Origin: an uncultured Spirochaetota bacterium
GTDB lineage: Bacteria; Spirochaetota; UBA4802; UBA5550
Reading direction: 5' to 3'
DNA: 64,000 bases
NCBI GenBank assembly: GCA_963727175.1
Contig: CAVSFD010000002.1
Coordinates: 3,928,782-3,992,781, forward strand
Of this stretch, positions 12,982 through 23,326 are shown piece by piece. Both the position numbers and the translations under genes were made by a program. Within the stretch, counting starts at the first letter, position 1. Every line of letters begins with the position of its first letter. The notes below the pieces were generated by a model, which saw only the letters and a program-made list of their open reading frames with translations, was not told where the DNA came from and ran no database searches.

Positions 12982-13184
12982 TCTCGCAGAGTCGCTGAGG
13001 CGCAGAGAAAAAGAGTGGATCGAATTTAATACGCACTATTCATTTCATAAAACTGTTAGATGATGCAATCAACCATTTTTTTCAGAGCCATTTTTACCTC
13101 GATCGTTTTATTCTCTTGCATTTAAGAAATTTATAGCTGCCCTGGCATAGGTTAAAAACTCTGTGTCCCTACGACTCTGCGAGA
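12982..13184. mobile_element. MITE-like element, copy 1 (~203 bp; 26-bp imperfect terminal inverted repeats TCTCGCAGAGTCG...; AT-rich interior)
   Basis: 5' end is tctcgcagagtcgctgaggcgcagag. The reverse complement of the 3' end is tctcgcagagtcgtagggacacagag. Sits between convergent leuD and the asmA-like gene. A second copy is at 35676-35807. Confidence 0.5.
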
Positions 13185-13194
13185 GATATTCTTT

Positions 13195-15057
13195 TCAGTT
13201 TGCCCGCCTGAGGTTGCTTCCGCTTGTCATGTCCCCTGACATGGTGAAGGGCATGATGTACCATTCTCCCCGCAGGTATTTATTTATGCCAATAGTAATC
13301 AAACCCGGAAGGTCCTGGATGAATATCCTGGTGAATTCCAGCGTGATGTTGAGATGACTGGCGATGAGCTTGTCATTGAACACCCCGGTGATTTTCAACC
13401 GCACATTGTTCGAATTGAATATGAAGGAATTAACGAGATAGGTCGTGCCTTTTATGTCCATGTTGCCGTAAATCTTGTTGAATTCAAGGTCGCGCAGCTT
13501 GTACCTGAGTTCAGACAGGATAACCCCCAGGCCGTTCTGTATCCCGGTATCGACGAGCTTCCCCTTGTCGGCAGTAAACTCGACATTACCTCGTGCGGTT
13601 TCCAGGATCCTGTTACTGATTTCAAAATCAATTTTTGCCTTCCCGTTGACGATGCCGAAAATCCTGTTACGAATTTTCTCATTGATGGCGACAGCGTTCT
13701 GTATCAGGACGTTGCTGATATTCAGCGACAGGGACGCCCGGGGCGCCCCCTGTCCCATGGTGATGCCGCCGCTGCCGGATATCTTACCGTCGGCAAAATT
13801 GAACTGGAAACCCTGTATGCCGACGGTGCTGCCGGAGAGAAGATACTGGAGCTGGATTCCGCTGACACGGTACTGGCCGTACTGGAACTGGTTCACGTTA
13901 ATGATGCCGTAGATCTCTTTCGGTATGCTGATCGGCGCATCCCCCCTCGAGAACCTGTTCTTCTCCGGATCTATTATTATTCTCTCAGCGCCGATGTTTA
14001 TGAAGAGTTTCGATAGTGATGATTCCGTCGAAGCGATGGAAAGGGCGCAGGGATTGCCGTAGAATTTGAAGGGGATCCCCGTCTGTTTGAACATGTTGTC
14101 GGTGATAGCCAGAGAAGCATGAAGATCGCTTACCAGCCCGGTTTCCTGATCATAGCCGCAATTGCTTAGCTTGAGGTTGCCGTTGTAGAGGCCGCCGCGG
14201 TAGCTCAGCTTGCCCTCAACCCTGCCGAAAAGCTTTGCCGGGAAAAATTTTAAAACCGCCGCGGCGTCTGCAACGGTTGCGTCGATATTCCTGAACTCGA
14301 ACCCTATGAGGCTTCCGCCAAAGGTGAAATGGAGATTGTCAATAAAAAAAGAAGATTTATCTATCCCTCCCTGTGCCTGGCCTATGAAGACCGTCCTGCC
14401 GGGTATATCGACCTTGCAGAATCCCGCTGCGCTGAGCAGTTTATTCGCCGTGAGAAGGGTCGATGTCGCCACGACGTTGCCCTGGACGTGTTGTTTCGTT
14501 ATAACCAGGTTATTGATCGATCCATTTACGACATTGTAAGGGAGCTGTACATTTTTACCCCACTGGTACACCCAGAGTAGCGATGCGTTTTCCAGCTTGA
14601 CGGTGCCTGATATTTCAAAATTGCCTTTTGACGTTTTAATGTCCAAATCCGGCTTCAGTATCCCGCGCGCCTGGGGCAGCCTGATCGAACAATTGCGGAT
14701 TGTTATCAGCTTTCCGATCCTGACGGTACCGTCAAGCCTGTACGTCCCTGCCAGGGGCGCCAGGAACGTGGGAGGATTTGTCAGGGAGACTGTTGCATCA
14801 ATCAGCTTTATCTTTGATATTTTTGCAGAGACGGCGGAACCGCCGGTTTTTGACATGTTCGAAACGAGCTTCCCGATATTTGATTCTTTTTTTTCATCAA
14901 AGACGATATTGCATTGGGCTTTTTTCAGAGTTATGGAACTGAAATCGATTTCCATGTTTAATAAGGAAAGGATAGATATGCGAAGGTCCGCCTCTTCGAC
15001 ACCTGCAAGGACAGGGGAATTTTCGTCCGATTCGAAAATGGTGACATCCTCGATCAA
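13195..15057 (-). CDS. AsmA-family outer-membrane-biogenesis protein (N-terminus probably extends to ~15270 through a frameshift)
   Basis: 620-aa ORF. Upstream in-frame sequence encodes a TM helix (YFLSFSLAIILVLSAAVTLLVTFY) and an AsmA-like start, but there is no in-frame start codon. A GTG-initiated MKPAKTLKIF sits in an adjacent frame (overlapping 80-aa ORF 15086..15328), suggesting an indel in an A/T homopolymer. Confidence 0.45.
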   Translation of the reverse strand: MIEDVTIFESDENSPVLAGVEEADLRISILSLLNMEIDFSSITLKKAQCNIVFDEKKESNIGKLVSNMSKTGGSAVSAKISKIKLIDATVSLTNPPTFLAPLAGTYRLDGTVRIGKLITIRNCSIRLPQARGILKPDLDIKTSKGNFEISGTVKLENASLLWVYQWGKNVQLPYNVVNGSINNLVITKQHVQGNVVATSTLLTANKLLSAAGFCKVDIPGRTVFIGQAQGGIDKSSFFIDNLHFTFGGSLIGFEFRNIDATVADAAAVLKFFPAKLFGRVEGKLSYRGGLYNGNLKLSNCGYDQETGLVSDLHASLAITDNMFKQTGIPFKFYGNPCALSIASTESSLSKLFINIGAERIIIDPEKNRFSRGDAPISIPKEIYGIINVNQFQYGQYRVSGIQLQYLLSGSTVGIQGFQFNFADGKISGSGGITMGQGAPRASLSLNISNVLIQNAVAINEKIRNRIFGIVNGKAKIDFEISNRILETARGNVEFTADKGKLVDTGIQNGLGVILSELRYKLRDLEFNKIYGNMDIKGTTYLVNSFIFNSNNVRLKITGVFNDKLIASHLNITLEFTRIFIQDLPGLITIGINKYLRGEWYIMPFTMSGDMTSGSNLRRAN

Positions 15058-15337
15058 TATCCCGCCGATGCTGTAACCGATCTTCTTAATGCGGACTTTC
15101 CTTCCCAGAGCGGTTTCGGCCTTTTCCGTTACCAGAGATAATATCCGTTCTGCAGGATAGAAAGTGACCAGGAGGGTGACTGCTGCGGACAGGACGAGAA
15201 TAATGGCGAGTGAAAATGATAAGAAATATTTTAAGTGTTTTTGCTGGCTTCACGTTTTCGTTCCATGGCGGACTTTTTCTTGTAGAATTGTACGGTTTTT
15301 TCCAGTTCCAGTATATCAGTGCAGACAATTTTTCCTT

Positions 15338-16450
15338 CTACAAGGACAAAATGTTTGTCTTCAAGGAGCTGGACGACGTACATGTCCCCTTTTTCGGGGG
15401 GAGACCTACCATGTTGATGAGTTCCTTGGTGCCGAACTCGAAATTATGTGGTTGCTTCGATTCTATCCTGATTTTCTGCTTTTCAAGCTGTATGAGCAGT
15501 GTATCGTAAATTCGTCCAAGAGGATCGTGAATCATCAGGTTTTCCAGCTGACGATAGGCTGTCCATATCCGTTCGCTCAGAATCTGTATCAGGCGCGTTG
15601 CCAGCTGCGGCTGGGCCTGTACCATGCTCTCGAAATTTGACTTGTTAATGGCCAGAACTTCCACGTCACCGAAGGTGATGGCCGAGGCGCTCCGCGGCTT
15701 GTTGTCGAGGATGGCCATTTCACCGAAAATATCCCCCTGCTTGAGCACGGCAAGGAGCACTTCCTCGTTTACAATCTTGGTGATTTTCACCTTCCCCGAC
15801 TGTATGATGAATAGTTCTTCCCCCGGCTCATATTCGCAGAAGATCATGGTGTTGTCCCTGTACTTGCGGTTCATGCCGGCCCGCTGACCGGTTTCCGTTG
15901 ATTTGAGGGGTGCCTTCAGCGACTGGAGTCGCTGTATTGCCATATCGCGGTTATCACCGTCAGGCCGATACTGCAGGTATTTCTGAAATGCGTAGACGGC
16001 ATGGTTGAAGACTTTCTTTTTTACATAGTACTCGCCTATGTTAAAAAGATGAGACGGATCCTCGGTGGCAACGTTTTTGAAGGTAAGATTGGTAATGGCC
16101 TGGTCGAAATCTCGGAGCTGTCTGCTGAAAAACCGGATGATTTTCATGGCAACGGTAGGGTTTTTCTGTATCAGGAGACCGAATTTCTCGCGTTCAACGG
16201 ATATGAGGGAGACATTCTCAAGGGCAACGGCCGATTCGATCCTGGCGTGTGCGCTCATGCACGACACAACGCCGAAAAAATCACCGGGACCAAGGACGTT
16301 GTAAGGCTCGGTTGAAACCACGGGGTTTTCCTTGGCAACCTTTACCTTTCCCTTGAGGATTATATAAAAATTATTGGCATTCTTTTTGCCTTCAACGACA
16401 ACAAAGGAATTGGCGAGATAATTTTCGACTTTGAACTGTATATCAGACAT
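15338..16450 (-). CDS. tandem cyclic-nucleotide-binding (CAP effector) domain protein with TPR-like linker
   Basis: Two cNMP-binding motifs (GDFFGVVSCMSAHARIESAVA and GDIFGEMAILDNKPRSASA). No DNA-binding HTH seen. Confidence 0.65.
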   Translation of the reverse strand: MSDIQFKVENYLANSFVVVEGKKNANNFYIILKGKVKVAKENPVVSTEPYNVLGPGDFFGVVSCMSAHARIESAVALENVSLISVEREKFGLLIQKNPTVAMKIIRFFSRQLRDFDQAITNLTFKNVATEDPSHLFNIGEYYVKKKVFNHAVYAFQKYLQYRPDGDNRDMAIQRLQSLKAPLKSTETGQRAGMNRKYRDNTMIFCEYEPGEELFIIQSGKVKITKIVNEEVLLAVLKQGDIFGEMAILDNKPRSASAITFGDVEVLAINKSNFESMVQAQPQLATRLIQILSERIWTAYRQLENLMIHDPLGRIYDTLLIQLEKQKIRIESKQPHNFEFGTKELINMVGLPPKKGTCTSSSSLKTNILSL

Positions 16451-16580
16451 TGTTCCTCTTGGTTAAACAATGATATAATAGCACTAATAATAAAATCGGC
16501 AAAAAATCAAGTAATTTCTATTATTTTTGTCCAGCCCGGGAATTTTAATGATGATCAATCGTAAGGTGTAATTATCTGCG

Positions 16581-19157
16581 CTATTCTACCAGTTTTTTCA
16601 GCCGGTGCAGCTCGTTCAGGGCTTCAATAGGCGTAAGGGTATCGGTATCTATGTTTTTTATGGCCTGCACCACCAGGTGGTTTGAGGCGTTGAATATTTC
16701 GAGCTGCTCTGACTGCTCTTCCTCTTCAGGGTTCAGGGGCCGTATGTTTTTCCTGCCCCGCTCGAGGCGCTGAAGTATCTGCTCGGCTTTTCCGATGATC
16801 GGTTTCGGTATCCCGGCGAGGTTTGCAACATGGATGCCGTAGGATTTATCCGCCGCCCCGCGTACCACCTTGTGCAGAAAATCAACCCCGTTCAGGTGCT
16901 CCCTGACGATGACCGTGTAATTGACTATACCCCTGCGGCTTCCGAGCTGAGTAAGCTCATGGTAATGCGTCGCGAAAAGGGTCCGCGCCTTCAGATAGCG
17001 CTGGATGTATTCCACCACTGCCCAGGCAATCGAGAGGCCGTCGTAGGTGCTGGTACCCCTGCCGATCTCGTCCATGATGATGAGGCTTTTCGATGTCGCG
17101 TTGTTGAGTATGCCGGCGGTCTCGTTCATCTCCACCAGGAAGGTGGATTCGCCGCGCGAAATGTTGTCAGAAGCACCGATCCTGGTGAATATGCGGTCAG
17201 CGATTGAAAGAAGAGCTTCACGGGCCGGCACGAAGGAGCCGATCTGGGCCATGAGCTGTATTATGGCGGTCATGCGTATGTAGGTGGACTTCCCCGACAT
17301 GTTCGGGCCGGTGATGATCTTTATGATGTTCTCGTCAGCGTCAAGGTTGATATCATTGGGAATAAACACTTCCCTGGCGTAAAATTTTTCAACGACCGGG
17401 TGGCGTCCCTCTCTGATATGCGTGATGCCGTCAGCGCTGAAGGCGGGCCTGACGAATCGGTTTTCGGTGGCTGACCTGGCGAGGGAACAGCAGCGATCGA
17501 GATCGCCGATTGCCTCGGCCATAGCCTGGAGATCCCCCCGCGCCGCGTGGACAGACTTTGTCAGCCTGCCGATTTCATCATTTTCAATCGCTATAATCTT
17601 TTCTGATGCTGAAAGTATTTCGGACTCGAAAGTCTGCAGCTTTTCGGTGGTGAACCGCTCGGAGCCGACCAGGGTCTGCTTGCGGTAATACGATTCCGGT
17701 ATGCCTGATGCCTGTCCCTTGCTCACCTCGATGAAGTAGCCGAGGATCTTGTTGTAGCGTATCTTCAGGGTCGATATGCCGAGGTTTTTCTTTTCCTCTT
17801 CCTGGTATTCGACGATCCAGTTTTTTGCATTGGTCTTCAGATCGTAGATCCGGTCCAGCTCCGCGTTGAACCCTTTCCGTATTACCCTGCCGTGTTCCGG
17901 GGAGAGGGCAGGTTCGTCGTCGATTGCCGCACTGATCATGTCGGCCAGTCCCGTCAGGTCCGGCATGCGGTCCGCGATCTCCCTGACCAGGTCATGGGGC
18001 TGCCCGGCAAGGATCGAACGGATCTTCGCAGCTGCCCTGGCAGAGTTCATCAGGGCGAGGAAATTCCTCGGGAAGGTCCTCCCTATGATGAAGCGGGAAA
18101 TGAGCCGTTCGATGTCATGTATCCCGGCAAGGAGATCCGAAATCTGTCCGGTGAGCTGGTGAAACTCATGGAAGTACTGGACGATATCAAGCCTCCTGTC
18201 AATGGCCCCGGGATCAAGAAGCGGCTGGAGGATGCTTCGCTCGAGGGAACGCTTGCCCATGGCGGTGCGGGTGTAATCGAGGACCGCGAAGAGGGTGCGG
18301 TTCTTCGTCCCGTCCTGGAGGTTGCGCACCAACTCAAGGTTCGAAATGGTCGCGTCATCCAGGGTCATGATGTCGCCGGATAGAATCTTCCGGGGAAACT
18401 TCAGGTGGTCAAAGGTCTTCTTGTGGGTCTCCTTCAGATATTGAAGGATTGATCCGGCAGCCATGATGTCAAGATCATCGGTGATGCCCAGGCCCTTGGT
18501 GCCGGCTATCCTGAAGGTTTCGCATATGATGTTCGCCATGTAATCGGCGTCATAGAGCCATTCGTTGATGCGATATACGGGGATGTCCCTCGTCCTTATG
18601 AAATCGGAAAAAACCGCGTTTTCCGGCGATTCACCCTCGTAGAGCACCGCCTCCCGGGGATTGAACTTGATAATTTCGCTGCGGAACAGGTCCAGCGATT
18701 TACCTATGGAGGAGAGGAAGAAATCCCCCGTCGATATGTCAACGAAGGATAGCCCGATGGCGTTTTTGTCTATTATCACCGATGCGAGATAGTTGTTCTC
18801 GTCAGACTGGAGGAGATTGGCCTCCACAACGGTCCCCGGTGTGACGACCCTGACAACTTCACGCTTTACCACCGGGCCGCTGGATGGGACCGTCTCCATC
18901 TGCTCGCAGATGGCCACGCGCTTTCCAGCCTTGATGAGACGGGCTATGTAGCTCTCGGCAGCGTGATAGGGGATGCCGCACATGGGAATATCGTTCTGCC
19001 GCGAGGTGAGGGCTATGTCAAGGATCTTCGATGCGACGCGGGCGTCCTCGAAAAACATCTCGTAGAAATCGCCCATGCGGAAAAACAGGACCTCTTCCGG
19101 GTACTGCTTTTTCATGTCCAGGTACTGCTTCATCGCTGGGGTAATCTTTGAGTCCAT
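16581..19157 (-). CDS. mutS: DNA mismatch repair protein MutS
   Basis: 858 aa. Walker A GPNMSGKSTYIRM, THYHELT motif and the MutS domain I-V layout. Confidence 0.95.
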   Translation of the reverse strand: MDSKITPAMKQYLDMKKQYPEEVLFFRMGDFYEMFFEDARVASKILDIALTSRQNDIPMCGIPYHAAESYIARLIKAGKRVAICEQMETVPSSGPVVKREVVRVVTPGTVVEANLLQSDENNYLASVIIDKNAIGLSFVDISTGDFFLSSIGKSLDLFRSEIIKFNPREAVLYEGESPENAVFSDFIRTRDIPVYRINEWLYDADYMANIICETFRIAGTKGLGITDDLDIMAAGSILQYLKETHKKTFDHLKFPRKILSGDIMTLDDATISNLELVRNLQDGTKNRTLFAVLDYTRTAMGKRSLERSILQPLLDPGAIDRRLDIVQYFHEFHQLTGQISDLLAGIHDIERLISRFIIGRTFPRNFLALMNSARAAAKIRSILAGQPHDLVREIADRMPDLTGLADMISAAIDDEPALSPEHGRVIRKGFNAELDRIYDLKTNAKNWIVEYQEEEKKNLGISTLKIRYNKILGYFIEVSKGQASGIPESYYRKQTLVGSERFTTEKLQTFESEILSASEKIIAIENDEIGRLTKSVHAARGDLQAMAEAIGDLDRCCSLARSATENRFVRPAFSADGITHIREGRHPVVEKFYAREVFIPNDINLDADENIIKIITGPNMSGKSTYIRMTAIIQLMAQIGSFVPAREALLSIADRIFTRIGASDNISRGESTFLVEMNETAGILNNATSKSLIIMDEIGRGTSTYDGLSIAWAVVEYIQRYLKARTLFATHYHELTQLGSRRGIVNYTVIVREHLNGVDFLHKVVRGAADKSYGIHVANLAGIPKPIIGKAEQILQRLERGRKNIRPLNPEEEEQSEQLEIFNASNHLVVQAIKNIDTDTLTPIEALNELHRLKKLVE

Positions 19158-19159
19158 CG

Positions 19160-20309
19160 CTATTCCCCATAAATATAGGAGCGCTCGCTGTCGCCGGAAA
19201 TGCGCACGATACGGCCGTTAATCCCGTATTCCTCCGCGAGTCGGACCTTCAGCTTCAGGGCCGATCCCTCATCAGGGTCTTTTACCGACGTACAGGGCGT
19301 ATCCGTCCCGGAGCTTCACCGTTTTAATGGAATCGAACTCTTTCAGGAGCTTCTTCAGCTCTGCCGCTTCCCTGGCCGATGCGAGGGGACCAACGGAAAT
19401 CGAATAGAACGCACCGGCAACGGTGTCTTCCGGCATGACCGCTTCGGGATGTATATCAATCTTCTCGGTAGTATCAAGTATCTTTTTGTCCGGCATATAA
19501 AAAACACGGCGTGGATTGTTCTTAATCAGCACCTGTATCCGGCGTGACGCTTCGGCGGCTTCGGGGGATCCGGGATACTTTGAAACAAGGTCCAGGTATG
19601 CGGAATACGCTTCATCATGCATCCCCCTGTTTTCATAGAATTCGCCGAGCATATAGATAACGGCCTGTATGGCATCGGATTCGGCATACCCGAGGGCGAT
19701 GTCCCGGATCGTGGCGATGTATTCGCGGGAAAACCCCGTGGTTGAGCGTAAAATATGCGCCAGCATGAGCAATGACCGCGCCATTACGCGATAGTCGTGG
19801 TCAGTGTCGATGAGTCGGCGGCATTCCTGTTCCGCACCGGCGTAATCGCCCGTATGGATCAGCGCAATAATCAGGAAGAAGGTGAATTTGCCGGCATAGG
19901 GGCTCTTCCCCATGCGGCGACCTTCACGAGCATCACGCGCCAGGATCTCCCATTTTGATTGAAGGTACACTATCTCGCAGATGCGGTACTGGGCATAGGA
20001 ACGCTTCTGGTAATTTCGATATCTGCTAACGACATCCCGGTATTTAACGACCGCTTCCTCCGGAGAAGTTTCGATTTCGGCAAGGAGAAGGCGCACATCC
20101 GGAACGAGGGGGCTATCCGGATGTGCCTTGAAGAAGACGGCTGATTCTTTTTTTACAGCGCCGGGATTTTCTTCCGAGACCAGCTTCTGCAGATTCTTGA
20201 AGTCCTGCCTGTCTGAAGTGCCCGGCTTTGGCGCGCCGGAAATGCGCTGCTGAGGAATTGCTGCGCAGATCAGCAGCCCGGCCGCTGCTATGATCGCGGC
20301 GTTACGCAA
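19160..20309 (-). CDS. TPR-repeat protein with C-terminal SPOR (peptidoglycan-binding) domain; C-terminal ~35 aa displaced by a frameshift
   Basis: Signal peptide, TPR-like repeats, and a SPOR-like segment (FYSISVGPLASAREAAELKKLLKEF...YALYVGK). The ORF stops at 19272. Deleting one A in the aaaa run at about 19268 restores DPDEGSALKLKVRLAEEYGINGRIVRISGD... ending at 19160, 2 nt from the mutS start. Confidence 0.5.
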
Positions 20310-21691
20310 TTCTTGTTCCCTGCAGCGTTGAACCGAGGACGCCGCTGATCTTTATTTTCAGTCTTTTCCCGATATCATCCAGCGTACCAGGGGTGATCAC
20401 GACATGGTTAAGATAGGTTTTCCCCATGACCCGGTCAGGCGATTTTTTGCTGAACCGTTCTATGATCGCGTCTTCAACGCTGTCAATGCGCTCTTTCAGT
20501 CGCTGCTTTGATATGCCCCTCTGCATGGCGATGAGCCGCTCCAGGCGGGCGCTTTTTTCCTCGCGGGTGATGGTTTCCTCCATTGAGGCTGCCGGCGTGC
20601 CCCGGCGGGATGAGTAGGCATAGGTAAAAGCGTCGTCGAAGCGAATTGTCTCCACGGCGCGCAGCGTGTCATTGAATTCATCCTCGCTTTCCCCGGGAAA
20701 TCCGACGATCAGGTCCGTGGAAAGCGAGCTCTGCCCCAGGATGTTCCGTACCTTTTCCACGATGGACAGGTAATCTTCGATGGTGTACCCGCGGTTCATC
20801 AGTTCCAGGATACGGTTTGAGCCGCTCTGCAGGGGGAGATGTATCGACCGGGAGATGTTCGGCATGTCCCGCATGACATGGAGGATGTCATCCGAAAAAT
20901 CTTTCGGATGGGATGTTATAAAATTGATCCGTTCAATGCCGCCGATGCCTGCCGCGGCTTCGAGAAGCCTGAAAAACGGGATGTCGCCGCTGTCAGAACC
21001 GTACTGGTTGACGTTCTGGCCGAGGAGGGTAATCTCCCGGATGCCCCGGTCAGCCAGCGAACGGATGTAATCCAGGACCTGGCCGGACGGGAATGAAATG
21101 AGCTTTCCGCGTACGGAAGGCACGATGCAGTATGAACAATAGTTTTCGCACCCGTGTGTAATGGTGACCCACTTGTGCCATTCAGGACTGTCGCTGACCC
21201 GGTAGAGATCGTGCTTGATCCTCCCGGAAAAATCGCTGACGCTCTGCGAAAGAAAAACGCGGGCGCCATGGTCTTCAAGGTGTCGTCGCAGCAGCTTTCC
21301 GATATCGGGCGACTGGTAGGGGCCTATGACTATGTCAGCTATCCCGCTTTCGATAAGTTCCTCTCCCAGCCGCTGGGCCATGCATCCAGCAACAACGATT
21401 ATGCCATCATGCTCACGGAGTCTTTTCCGGTGTGATTTTATGCGTGAAAGTGACCCTGTTTTCCGCATGTTCCCGCACGGAACAGGTGTTGTAAATTGTA
21501 ATATCCGCCTTTTCCCCGTCGGCGGCGCCCTGGAAACCATGCTCGGAAAGGGATAACGCCATCAGCTCGGTATCATTCTTGTTCATCTGGCACCCGAAGG
21601 TCTCTATGTAGTAGGTTGTTATCAAGTCGATACCTGAATTGGCAGATATTCTGTCGAGGCCCGGACCCGGGCGGAAAGCCCATTGTGTCAC
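20302..21691 (-). pseudogene. miaB: tRNA-i6A37 methylthiotransferase MiaB (radical SAM + TRAM), split by one frameshift near 21440-21470
   Basis: N-terminal MTTase domain (YIETFGCQMNKNDTE, IYNTCSVREHAENRV) is in ORF 21413..21691. The rest is in ORF 20302..21540 (VAGCMAQRLGEEL, radical-SAM CENYCSYCIVP, C-terminal TRAM). Removing one base after ...ENRV restores ENRVLSRIKSHRK. Confidence 0.7.
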
Positions 21692-21947
21692 GGCTCTGCT
21701 GAGTAATCAAACAATTTTTATATGATAATAAATCAACAATTTTTTATGCTTACATACTGGAAGATATAGTTTTTCAATACTTGGATAAGTGATTTTTTAA
21801 ACCGGATTTTTTATGAAAGGCTGTTTTTTTCTTGAATAAAAGGGCGCATTTCTGTAAATTATTATCAAAATGGATTTACAGATTGCAGCGATGAATGAAG
21901 CACAGCTTGGGCGGGCTGGAATCATTAGTCTATAAAGGGAGGTTTAT

Positions 21948-22118
21948 ATGGCGATACAGAAAGTTACTGAGAGTTCGTTGCCCCGGACCCAGGGAGTTAT
22001 CGAGAGCATGAAACAGCAGGGGAATGAGACGGCGAAACCTGATGCAATAAAAAAATCATCTAAAATGCAGAGTTTCAAAGAGGCAATGAAGGGGAATAAA
22101 ATCGATACAAAAGCATAA
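21948..22118 (+). CDS. small hypothetical protein (56 aa, Lys/Gln-rich) with strong RBS and terminator
   Basis: GGGAGG 8 nt upstream of the ATG at 21948. A terminator follows immediately. Not in the ORF track because it is under 60 aa. Confidence 0.3.
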   Translation: MAIQKVTESSLPRTQGVIESMKQQGNETAKPDAIKKSSKMQSFKEAMKGNKIDTKA

Positions 22119-22139
22119 TGCATACTATGTATTGAACAT

Positions 22140-22170
22140 AAAAATGGATGCGCGGGGCATCCATTTTTTT
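22140..22170 (+). terminator. rho-independent terminator (aaaaatggatgc-gcgg-ggcatccattttttt)
   Basis: Perfect 12-bp stem, tetraloop and T7 tract directly after the small ORF. Confidence 0.6.
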
Positions 22171-22241
22171 ATCGACCATCGTAAATACTCTTGATCCATT
22201 TTTCGATTCTGCAGATGCTTCTTCTCAGGAGGTCGGACTGC

Positions 22242-22598
22242 ATGTCCCGGGACGAATCCAAAAGAAAATATGTCCGCATCAACAACCAGTTCAACGTCCG
22301 CATCGTTGCCAGGGATACTACCGCCCGGTATGGGACCAGGGAAATCAATACTTCCCGGTCAATCAATGTGAGCGCCAGCGGGATGCTTGTTAACACCACT
22401 GAGCGGATCAACACCGGGACAAATGTAATCATTACTTTCATGAAGCCGAACAGCTTTGATTTTTTCAAGGGAAACGGAACGGTCGTGCGCATGGATGAAA
22501 ACGCCGACGGGACCTTTAAAATAGCCATCAATTTTATTGATCTGTCTCATGATGACATGCAGCTGCTCGATTATTATATTCAACTCGGCTCACGATAG
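22242..22598 (+). CDS. PilZ-domain (c-di-GMP-binding) protein
   Basis: RxxxR-type motif (KRKYVRINNQF) and D/NxSxxG motif (NVSASGMLV). AGGAGG RBS before the ATG at 22242. Confidence 0.55.
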   Translation: MSRDESKRKYVRINNQFNVRIVARDTTARYGTREINTSRSINVSASGMLVNTTERINTGTNVIITFMKPNSFDFFKGNGTVVRMDENADGTFKIAINFIDLSHDDMQLLDYYIQLGSR

Positions 22599-22649
22599 GG
22601 CCGCCCTCGTGCAGGTCCGGCATACCGCGCTTACATGAATAGTACTCGT

Positions 22650-23252
22650 CTAAAATTGCACGGTAAATTCTATGAGAGGAACCGGCAGGATGATCCTGTT
22701 CCCCTTTTTCTTTCTCAGCGTAGCCGTTGTTGTAACACTGTAATCATAGTTGAGCCACAGATTGAAACCGGCCTTGAGACGATCGGCGAACTTGAATACC
22801 AAACCCAATCCGGCGCCGAAGGTGAAATCGTTAATATTGCCTTCCCTGAAAGTGAAATTGTTGGTATTTCCGATATGGTATAATTTCGTTTCCCAGTGAT
22901 GATAGGAATATACAAAACCAATCATGATAACAGGATCAAGGATTTTGGCCTCCGGCGCAAGGTGGATCACCGGAGTAAGTATTGCTGATACAATGTATTC
23001 ATCCTTGTTCAAACTATTGAAATCAGCTCCGAAAATGTAAAGACCCACAGCCCTGATGCCCATGTGCGGTATGAAGGTGTATTCAGCCTGGAGGCCAACC
23101 ATGGTAATTCCCCCGAGAACACCGATGGCTCCCTTGTAAAGTTGTTTTTTCACCGGCTTGGGTTCTTCTGGTTTTTCAGCCTTCCGGGCCTGCAGTGTGA
23201 CCGCCCATGACACAAGGGCAAAGATTGAGATGATACGTATCAGTTTTTTCAT
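22650..23252 (-). CDS. outer-membrane beta-barrel protein (OmpW/porin-like), signal peptide, C-terminal Phe
   Basis: N-terminal signal peptide MKKLIRIISIFALVSWAVTLQA, alternating amphipathic strands, terminal ...TVQF. Confidence 0.55.
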   Translation of the reverse strand: MKKLIRIISIFALVSWAVTLQARKAEKPEEPKPVKKQLYKGAIGVLGGITMVGLQAEYTFIPHMGIRAVGLYIFGADFNSLNKDEYIVSAILTPVIHLAPEAKILDPVIMIGFVYSYHHWETKLYHIGNTNNFTFREGNINDFTFGAGLGLVFKFADRLKAGFNLWLNYDYSVTTTATLRKKKGNRIILPVPLIEFTVQF

Positions 23253-23326
23253 TTATTGGTAACAGGCCTGTTCCGGCTATTTCAGTTCAGCCGGGTGCGT
23301 CAGGACGGAGCCGGGCCCGATTCCGC

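Noticed and set aside
13354-14016. 220-aa plus-strand ORF inside the asmA-like gene
   Set aside because: Antisense to the larger AsmA-family ORF. No motifs. Shadow ORF.
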